A DNA stretch of 64,000 nt from Lama guanicoe. Lineage: Eukaryota. Made by a program: the position numbers and the translations under genes. The notes under the pieces are model-generated. The model ran no database searches, was not told the origin of the DNA, and saw only the letters and a program-made list of their open reading frames with translations. How positions within the stretch are numbered: the stretch's first letter is position 1; every line of letters starts with the position of its first letter. Location: assembly GCA_013239625.1 (NCBI GenBank), contig MU053472.1:2825822-2889821 (forward strand), given 5' to 3'. This document shows, piece after piece, positions 51,716 through 64,000 of this stretch.

Positions 51716-54320
51716 GATTCCGCAGTTCTGTGAAGGACTGGGGAGAATGACATTAGGACACTGGGATTAGGGAACCTTCACCGTACAACTTCCATTTGCC
51801 TTTTAAACTATACTGTATTTGTCTTTTCGACATGATCACTGCATGTTCTTCAAAAAGGGAAATAGTGAAAAATCACCAAACAAGGACATGCAGACTTCAG
51901 TGAAAAGGCTACGAAGACTGGGTCCCCACAGGGTCAAAGCAGCCCCTAGTTTCTATTTGAAACTATTTAAAACAGTGTGTTTCAATCCTCCTACAGGCCA
52001 TTAAGGTTATTTAGGACAGTATTTTACACATACTTTAATCATTTCATATTAAATACCATAATTATGGGTCTAATCATCCTGCCAGGGAACAAAATGTGAG
52101 AAAAGTAAGCAGAGGTAGGCTCTAGACACCTTCAGATAAAGTGTGGCTTTCCTACCCTAGGAAGACAGGTTAGCTTGCTTTCGTATACTGTTTTTCCACT
52201 TTACAGCCTAAGTGCTCACGTGTTGCAAATTACCCCCATCAAATTAAAGACTACTATGGAGTATAAGGACCACAAGAAACACCCACTGTTTGGCACCCAA
52301 ACTTAAAAACTGTTACAACTGTGTAATTTAATTTAAGGCACAGTCTGTGCCACTAAGGGTTGGTCAGGTGGGGTTTTGCTAACCTAAACAGTACCCAAGA
52401 GTGAGCTAAAGGGTTATATACCCCTGCCCCCCCCAAAAAAAACCATGGGTGAGTGTACATTAATAGTTTCTAGAAGAAAAAAAAATCAAACAACAAAAAT
52501 CCACCACTGCATAATACATTTCCAGACTTTCAAGGAAAAGAATCTGAAGTGAACACATGTTTCGAAGTTAATGTCTGAGTCAGATGAAGACAGAAGTACA
52601 TTAATGATTTAGAAGAGCTAGCAATGTCACAATGCCCAGGCATAGTCTTAGGCAGGTTGGATATAGGGAAGAAACAAAAAATAACAACTCTGAAGGAGCA
52701 GAACTGAGCTAAGCAAAAAAATTTTTTGATTTTTCTATATAATGGGACAGCCTCTGGCACAGCAATATCCAATTATTGTTTCCACTGACCCAATTTAGGC
52801 TGCTCAAAAAAGAAAAGCAGAGAAGGCTTTTATGAACACAAGCTTTATTAAGAGCTGTAACAAAAGTTTCTGATCCTTGGATTTAAAAAGAAAAATTACA
52901 GGTAAGCATGTCACTGAGTTTAGTTCCATCTGTACTATTGGAAATTCCCTGTAATGTAAAAGGCTTTTCCACAAAGACTGCAATATGCTGCAGAGGAAAA
53001 GTTCACATGCAGTCAGTTATTTTGGTGCATGTGTGCATGAAAAAAAGGCAAAAGTACTGAAGCAAGAAGTGAGATCTGAAGATGACTGTTGCTATACAGG
53101 CTCTCAAGAAACACACACAGCCCACAGCAATGCTTTAAGAGTTTCAAAAGTACTATGATGTAATTGCAATGACTGCCGTACATGCTTGATTTAAAACAAC
53201 GCATAACACTGCAGTTCAATTACCTATTTTTCACACACACGCTTTCTAACTGCCTTGCTTACTAGCTGCTGAAGGGCCTCACACACAATGTATTTTACTC
53301 AGGTTAGCCCTAAGTTCCAATGGTGACTTGTTTGGTTCAACAAAATTTCAAGGCATTGTTGTCCCCCCTCCAAATTCTTTTAAATTTGTTCCAACTGTCC
53401 TTTACCTTCCCACCCTTTTCTTATCACAATTTGATACTGGACATAAGTTTGTAAGTTTGTTTCATTTATACTGGGATGGAGATAAGCCAATGAAGGAAGC
53501 AGCAACCAAAAGGTGCCTAAATTTGACCTTGGACAAGCCAACGGCTGAGTAAGAGCAAATTTGTAGCTTCAGAGATGTGCCTCGTTACAGAAAGTAGAAG
53601 TTAATATTGTTTCATTAAATACAGAAATATCCATGTTGCTTAGCAACAATTAGAGCAAGCTACTCTGATGATTTAAAAAAAAGTTTTGATTCCTTTTGAA
53701 AACGGACTAGCACCATAAGAACTGGACACCTGGAGAAACATGAGGAAAGTCTCTTCAGAAGCAGCTAGTATCTCTTGTATCTACTTCAGCAAAAAATTAG
53801 TAAGAATCAAGAGATCAGAAACTGGATCACAGTCCTTCAATACTAAAAAAAAAAACCCCAAAAAGCCTTTTAGGGCATGTATATACATATATAAATTCAA
53901 CAACTGTCAGGCAAGCTCACAAAATAAAACCAGAGGCTGTTTAAATTTATTTAGAGTATTGAGAAAATCCTATTATGGTCCAGATACTCTGACAGGGAAG
54001 AGAAATTTCCTGAAACTTTGGAATTAATACAGAAACTCAACATGCTCAGTTTTTAATAATACATTTAAGAGAGACTGTGAACCAACTACTGATTAGCCTC
54101 CTGCCCTTCCTAAAGCCTATTAGCCGATTAGTAGCAAACATCTACTAATGTCCTACAGCTCTATTATAGTTATGTTTCAAGGGACTTGCAGAGGCTTTAG
54201 TGAAAATTTACTGGGGGGAAAAAGCAGCAGCAGCAGTGTAGAAAAGGAAGGAAAAAAAATCATGCAAATTCCTTAGACTTAGTCCTCCAGACTTAAAGAT
54301 GGAAAAGAATCAACTTTCAC

Positions 54321-54341
54321 CTTTTCCTTTATTGCATCAAC
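54321..54341 (-). CDS. CLTC: CLTC alternative 21-nt microexon (VDAIKEK)
   Basis: ttcctttgcag|GTT GAT GCA ATA AAG GAA AAG|gtgaaa; phase 0-0, frame preserving; matches the known 7-aa alternative exon near the trimerisation domain. Confidence 0.9.
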
Positions 54342-55459
54342 CTGCAAAGGAATTCAGAAGGTGCAGCTTAGAAAAAAATCAAATTCCATAATGAGCATAA
54401 AAAGGTAGAGTCAGCAACAAAGGTTTAGGGGAGAAACATCTAACCACTAAAAAAGGTATGAGAAAAGTGAAAATAAAGGGCATACTGGAAGCAAAATTTA
54501 GAATATGTATTTTTTTAACTTCAGAGCTTATTGCAGAAGAATTTATGCTAGAGTCAGTGTGAAAGAAAGCAGCTTAATCGCTAGTAAAATTCATAGCACT
54601 TTGGTTAACAGCAGCTTAGAGCCAGGTCTCACAAGTTGGCATTACGCGTAAGAAAGGAAGCTATTCTCATGTATGGCTAAGATACGGCAACTGTTTTTTC
54701 TCTTACACTGGACTTTAAGCAGTTTATACACAGAAAATGTTAATTCTTAAAAAAAAATTACAACTTAACACAATGATATCTAATTGGATGGCAGCCTAAG
54801 GAAACATTTAGTTACACAGGGGGTGTTAGCAGTGCTTTTTCCCCTCTTCACTCGGGCATGCAAAGAGATCAGATGTGAAACTGATTTTAATAAGCATGTT
54901 TTGCTTTGACATTTAAAATGGATCCTTTAGGACCATTTAAATTAAATGTTAAAGCTAGTAACCGTTGAGGACAGTAAGTAAAAAATATCCTAACATCAAA
55001 AACAAACACTAAGATGAATAAGTGAATTTTATAAAATGATTATACCCCAGCTTGTTTAATGTGCTTTTAGGAAATGTGTCATTAATTGTTAAACTCTTAT
55101 TTTTAAATTAGGGGTTAAACTATCAAAATATGAAGATTAACAGGATATTAAGAATATAGACACAGCTTCCCCAGGGGAAATAGGCATACATATTAAACTC
55201 AAGAACCAATCAAACAGATGGAAATATACATTACTAAGTTACGGACAGCTGAGTTACAAGAACTGATCTGAGGAAGATGTTATTTTGACAAAAAAGATTT
55301 TATCAAGCGTTAAAAAAAATACAATATGGTAGTATTCACCCTCAGAAATACAGTGAGGGTAAACATTCTGACAAGTTATGTTTGAGTTCCCTTTCCACTC
55401 AATGTCATTTATCAGGTACTAAAATTTTCAGTAGAATAGGAATATTGTAAGATCAACTA

Positions 55460-55753
<294 letters not shown>

Positions 55754-56104
55754 CTATTTAAAGGAAAGGATGAAGGTCAGACATTAAATTCATACACTGA
55801 ACTAGTAAACCAAATAATACAATGGGGGACAAAAACTCCCAGTTACATCATTTAAGTTAAAGACTTGTTGAAAAAAAGCAAAGTACAGGTTAACAGGAGA
55901 GGTTTGACATTAACATAAGACAGTCTCCAGAATCAAGAAATTGCCTGACTTACGTCCTCAAATGGGGACTAAGAAAAAAAAATAAGAGAAAAAAAAAAGA
56001 AAAAAAAAAGGGGGGACTAAGAGGCAATTCTCAGATTCACAAAACTAACACTTTTATAGACCATAATCACTTGTAACATACCATTTTAAGGTTAACACAG
56101 ATCA

Positions 56105-56368
<264 letters not shown>

Positions 56369-57188
56369 TTAGCTTATATTTTATGTTCCACCATTCTTGA
56401 CCAATAAGCCATTATTGTATATGACTGATTATATGTGATCAATATACTGTGTAATATGTACGTATACGACTTGATCAATAAGCCGTTACTGTAGTATGAC
56501 AGCCTAGATTCAAGCATCAAACTGCAAAGTTGTAATCTGAACAAGTATCATTCTTTAATCTAACTGTATAACAATTAAGCCCTCGAAGGTACTATAAAAT
56601 TTCTAAAGGTACAATTTTCTCCAGGGTTTTCAATATCGAGGACTAACTTGAATGGTTAAAAAAATTGGGAGGTTATAAAATCTGGAGGGTAAGATTTTTG
56701 CTCGAGGGAAACTATTGATACAACCAACACGATATTCAGTCATACAGATGAGCATGGGATCTGACCCTGAAAGAAAATCATGTTGACAGTAAGAGAAAGA
56801 AAAGGCAACTGGCTTATCCTTAACTTTAATTTTGTTTCTGTGAAATCCTTCACAAGGGAAAGCTCACTAAAAGACTAATATGCTATTGGGAAGAAAAACA
56901 GTGAATAAAACATAGCAAATACCATGTAAGTTTTATGGCCTAGTTTAAGAGATCAAAAGACTTTTTCAACTCAACCTATAGTCCAGATGGATGAGTATTT
57001 TTCTAAAGCATTAACTTGGACAAGATCTAAGCAAATTTTGCAAACTTGGCACATAATTAGGAGACATCAGATTTATCAATCCTGGAAACTTCACAAAATT
57101 TAGATGTGAGGCACACAAGTACCTTCTATTTGTAATCCTAAGGGATAATGGGCCTTTTTACTGCAAAGCACACCAACTTTACAAGTCA

Positions 57189-57365
<177 letters not shown>

Positions 57366-57434
57366 TTACAAATGCATCACATTGCTGAAGGTCCATGGAC
57401 AAAAGTTATCCAACTGTGCCTCAGTTCCTTGCTA

Positions 57435-57590
<156 letters not shown>

Positions 57591-57660
57591 CTAAATGGGA
57601 AAAAGTCCACATGTAAGGTAGCGTTATTTCCTACTGAGCTTTCTTTTTCTGAGGCCTTTA

Positions 57661-57846
<186 letters not shown>

Positions 57847-57950
57847 TTACCTGCTTTAGATATGGGTCTCTAATTCCAGCTAATAGCAAATAAATAAATT
57901 ACAATTAAAACTGAAGTATGAGTTTTAGCTACAGAGTTGCCTTACAATTA

Positions 57951-58130
<180 letters not shown>

Positions 58131-58190
58131 CTAAGTAAAGGAAATAATGGAATTAAAAATAAGAATATCTGTGGCAAAAGATTTCAATTA

Positions 58191-58343
<153 letters not shown>

Positions 58344-58444
58344 TTATGTGAACTCACATGTACACGTGGCTGGTTAATTCAATTAGTAAGTTTAAAGAGC
58401 ATTCCTAAATAGCATCTTAATTCTTCATTCAAACTGTTTATTTA

Positions 58445-58663
<219 letters not shown>

Positions 58664-58791
58664 TCAATTTAATATCGAGAAAAGGTATTTTTCCTGTAAG
58701 ACTTCTCCTTGGAAACCTTCAACTGTCACAAGTTCCTATTCAGCTAATAAAACCACTCAACTATTTTTACACTCTTTTAAAGGAAAATTTA

Positions 58792-59022
<231 letters not shown>

Positions 59023-59308
59023 TCACCCAAGCTATTAATTTCCTTTTCAAGGAAGCAGAAGAGAGAGTAACAAATGTAAACAGTGAAATGCATCAAAATA
59101 GCAAAACTTCTATTATGCCTCTATTATTACTGACCAAATGAATAGCTGAATTCCCCTTTTCCTTAAAGTTATAAGATTAGAGCCAAATGAGAATTTTACG
59201 AGACTTCAAAACAGAAAACTAAACTTCCCCATGGAGCTTTTAAGTTCACAAAATACAGCCTCTCTTTATCTGCACTAAGATGGAGGGCAAGTAACCATGT
59301 AGTCTCTA

Positions 59309-59593
<285 letters not shown>

Positions 59594-59774
59594 CTAGGCA
59601 ACCAATTTTTAGTTAAAAAATTACAGTACAATGAATCTTACCACATAGCAATGACATTTAAATGGTTAGGATTTTATTGCTCTTTTATTGCCACAGCAAT
59701 AAATTATGCCCATCCTCACAGGACAATGCATACACTGAGTCAAGAGAAGGCATTACATTTAGTAAATCAACTCA

Positions 59775-59978
<204 letters not shown>

Positions 59979-60025
59979 TTAAGGAAAAAAGATTTGAATG
60001 CAATGCTTTAAAAGCTCATTAGTCA

Positions 60026-60376
<351 letters not shown>

Positions 60377-60519
60377 CTACAGAGGATATATAGGGAATAA
60401 ACACTGAGAATCAAGGTGGTTTTGAAGATATTATCTAATAAGTATAAGCTGGCCTCTGAGTAGAAAACTTGAAGGTAAAAAAGAATGAATGAGATGAAAT
60501 ACCTTTAAAATATCACCCA

Positions 60520-61350
60520 AATGTCTTTCTATGCAAATTCAGGTATACCCATAACATGTGTACTTCCATACTCCTGAAAAAGCACCCTACCTATATTAAT
60601 TCCTATCTTTCCCCTACTTAAAATATTACCCACAAACACTCCTCGTTATCACTTTAATGGCCACATATAAATCAAATACATAAATGTGGCATTATATACT
60701 TAGTAGTCCCTCTATTTTTGCCTTATATGCATGGTTCTCAGATGCTGCAATGAATTTTTTTTCCCAGGAAGCTTTGTATCTACTAGGAATTTTCCTTAGA
60801 AATGCTTCCTAGGAGAGGAACAAAAAATTAATAGTCATCAGTTTATCCTCTTCCATATTTATACTTCTACCAGGAAAATTTAAGAACCATAGTAACAATC
60901 TTCAATTTTTAGGGTTTTTAAAAATGCTTTCAATTTTATATAGTTATAAGCCTAAATCTCTCTTGCAGTTCTAAGCTTACTACTGAGTTTATTCAACATT
61001 CACCTACTCAGTCATTTGTATTTTCTCTCACCAATCCTTATTCTTTGCTGACTTACCATTGTCCTGAATGTCTCCAATCAATTCAGTCACTTCTCAGGTA
61101 TTAACAATAGCAATTCTTAACTCATTTTATTAAATATTTAATTTAGTATTCTAACTGTGATGAATTGAGAGAGTTCTGTATAATTAAATTCTCTCTTTGG
61201 GAATGTATTTTCTTGGAGGAGATATATTTCATTTTTGTTAACATGATACGTATGTTTAGTAATTTTTAGTGTAATTTTTATTTCTTTCTAATTTTTACTG
61301 CCATCTCTCACAGTTAGATATGATCCATTTGAGTATATTTGGTATGTGAT
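60520..61350 (-). mobile_element. Ancient L1ME-type fragment
   Basis: Decayed T-rich antisense L1 3' motifs. Confidence 0.5.
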
Positions 61351-61365
61351 GAGGGAAAGGTTTTA

Positions 61366-61533
<168 letters not shown>

Positions 61534-61739
61534 CTAAATGAGATGTTAAAGATTAATGTCAAAGTAAAAGGTAAAAACTTTTAATAGACTGATTTTACTT
61601 TTAAAGATTACTTCCTTATAATTATACCGTTAAGTAATTTATAGCAAAAAAAAAAGTCACTTTTACATATAATCTTAAATAGGTCACAATCACGCTTTTC
61701 TTATTAAAATTCGGTCAACAGAAAAAACAGCTATTCATT

Positions 61740-63615
61740 TTTGGAGACTTTTAAAAAATACCCTGATGTTAGAGTTATATTTGGGCTGTAAATTCTACTC
61801 TATTGGTCTGTCTATACATGTACCAGGATGCATGTTTTAATTGTAGAGGCTTTGTAATGTGCTTTAGTATCTGGCAGGGCGAGTCACAGCTTTCTTTTCA
61901 GTGTTTTACTAGTTATTCTTTCTTTTTAAATTTTTTATTATTTTGTAGGTTTTTTGGGGGGGGGGAATAGGTTTGTTTATTTTAATGGAGGTGCTGGGGA
62001 TTGAACCCAGTAGTACCTCATGCATGCTAAGCATACACTCTACCACTGAGCTATGCCCTCCCCTTACTAGCTATTCTTGTGTCTTTATCTTCCCATGTGT
62101 ATATGCGTACATAGATGCATTTATTTCCTAGCTCTGACCACTGAAAGATCCTAGAAGGAAATACACCTAGAGCCTAGATTTGTGTTTCTATTGTTACTCT
62201 CCACTTTTTATAAAAGGGATCAAAGCTTCCCAGAAAAATGAAAGATCCAGGGCTGGGGAGGGTATAAAATGAGCATGGTGTAACTTGTTGTGCAGGAAAT
62301 TAGGAAGTGCTCAAACAGCAATGAGACCATGACCCAAAGCCATGAGAGGCAGGCTGATAAGGTTATTCTATCAGTCAAAACTGGGATAATTTGAAAATCA
62401 AAACACAAAGAAACAAACAAACATTACTGGATTATAACCCACAGAACTCATATGAGTGCACGAATATATCCATGACTGATAAATGTGGAGAAAGCAATGA
62501 AGTTGGAGTACTGTCATTTCGCACCCAGTGTAGAGTAAGAATGGTTAAGAAGAATCAATAGATTCCAAATTTTGGGGCAGAGGGGCTACAATTGCGGGGC
62601 AGGGGGGCTACCCACCCACCCACCCACACACAACAGGAGATTCGCATGGTCTTAAGTGTCTCTTCACAAACTACTCAATAACTGCAGGGTAAAATCTAAT
62701 AATCATACAATGGAAAACTGACAACTTGATAAAAAGTGACTCCACAAAGGAAGAACAAAAGGACATCAGGTGCTTCTGCACGTTATAGCATGAGAAAGAC
62801 AAAACTTCAGTCATAAATTTTGGATGGAAATGCACAATCTAAATATAATCAGTAGGAACTATAAGAAAAACTCAAAGAACATTTTTTTTTAAAAGAGACT
62901 TTTCATTCACGTGAAATATACAGAATAAGTGAACCCACAGAGACAGAAGGCAGTTTGTAGGTTGTCAGGGGCTGGAAGGAGGCAGAGAATGAGTACCGGA
63001 TTTCCTTATGTGGTGATGAAAACTTGAAACTAGACAGACTGGTGATTACACAACATCGTTCACTTTCAAACGATTAATTTTATGTTACGTGAATTTTACC
63101 TTAATAAAAAGTTAGAAAAAGTCTATCTGTACAATGATGTCTGACAATAAAAGACAAAGAAAGGCTGAAGAATTGTTTCGGATCAAAAGAGACTAGAAAG
63201 ATATGAGTACATTCAATATGTAATCCTAGACTGGAGGGGAAAATTTCTTTTAAAGAACATTATTGGGTCAATTGACAAAATCAGAATTTCTTTTAAAATC
63301 TATTTTATTCCATCAGTGTCAGACTGACCAAGGTTGCTATTTATAATGTGGTTATGAAAGAGAATATCCTTATTCTTAGGAAACACACACAGAAGAGGTA
63401 TGAAGCCATGATGTATGCAACTTATTCTCACATGGTTAAAAATTTAAATGTGTGTATATATACACCCATGTATGTACATATGGTGTGTATTATGTGTACA
63501 TGAGAGTGTATGAGAACACAAGTGATAAAACTAGTGGGGTTAAATGTTAACAGGTGAGTACAGACAATCTACTATTTTGGCCACTTTAAAGTTCATAATC
63601 ATCGGCAAAGTTTTT
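61740..63615. mobile_element. L1MC/L1MD-type 3' fragments (antisense part 61740-62100, sense part 62110-63615, nested L1MB-like tail ~62900-63115)
   Basis: aattctactctattggtctgtcta; atttcctagctctgaccactgaaag; gacagaaggcagttt..ggttgtcaggggctgg; gagaatatccttattcttaggaaacacacac. Confidence 0.75.
61921..62063 (-). mobile_element. Camelid tRNA-derived SINE (Vic-1-like) with TSD
   Basis: Reverse of ggggagggcatagctcagtggtagagtgtatgcttagcatgcatgagg..ctgggttcaatccccagcacc; 15-bp TSD ttactag(t/c)tattctt at 61906-61920 and 62064-62078. Confidence 0.9.
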
Positions 63616-63724
63616 TAAAAAGCATGTCTCTTCCAAAAACTCCCCATTATTACTTAAAACCACTCTGAAACTATCAAAACATAAAATGGTTTGTAAAAAT
63701 GCGTTCTTCTCTCCACATGGTTCA

Positions 63725-64000
<276 letters not shown>

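Overview
Mammalian genomic DNA, very probably camelid (five copies of a Vic-1-like tRNA-derived SINE), covering the conserved CLTC-PTRH2-VMP1 locus. Minus strand, left: 5' part of VMP1 (non-coding exon 1 near 38.8 kb; coding exons 2-5 at 17.1, 15.1, 14.0 and 12.5 kb; the gene continues beyond the left edge). Plus strand: complete PTRH2 (exon 1 near 39.1 kb, single coding exon 43563-44102), sharing a CpG-island bidirectional promoter with VMP1. Minus strand, right: the last 16 constitutive coding exons of clathrin heavy chain CLTC, which join in frame, plus the 21-nt microexon VDAIKEK and the 3' UTR converging on PTRH2. The introns hold L1, L2, MIR, MLT/ERV LTR and hAT relics. I see no wholly new multi-gene system. 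The most interesting unexplained structure is the splicing module in the last CLTC introns: the microexon with RBFOX/MBNL/QKI-type motifs, a candidate 37-nt poison exon and an intron read-through C-terminus. Also notable are a transposon-derived PTRH2 5' UTR exon, an overlapping uORF on the VMP1 start and a solo LTR nested in an L1 promoter. Exon numbers, repeat family names and human comparisons are from memory, not from database searches.
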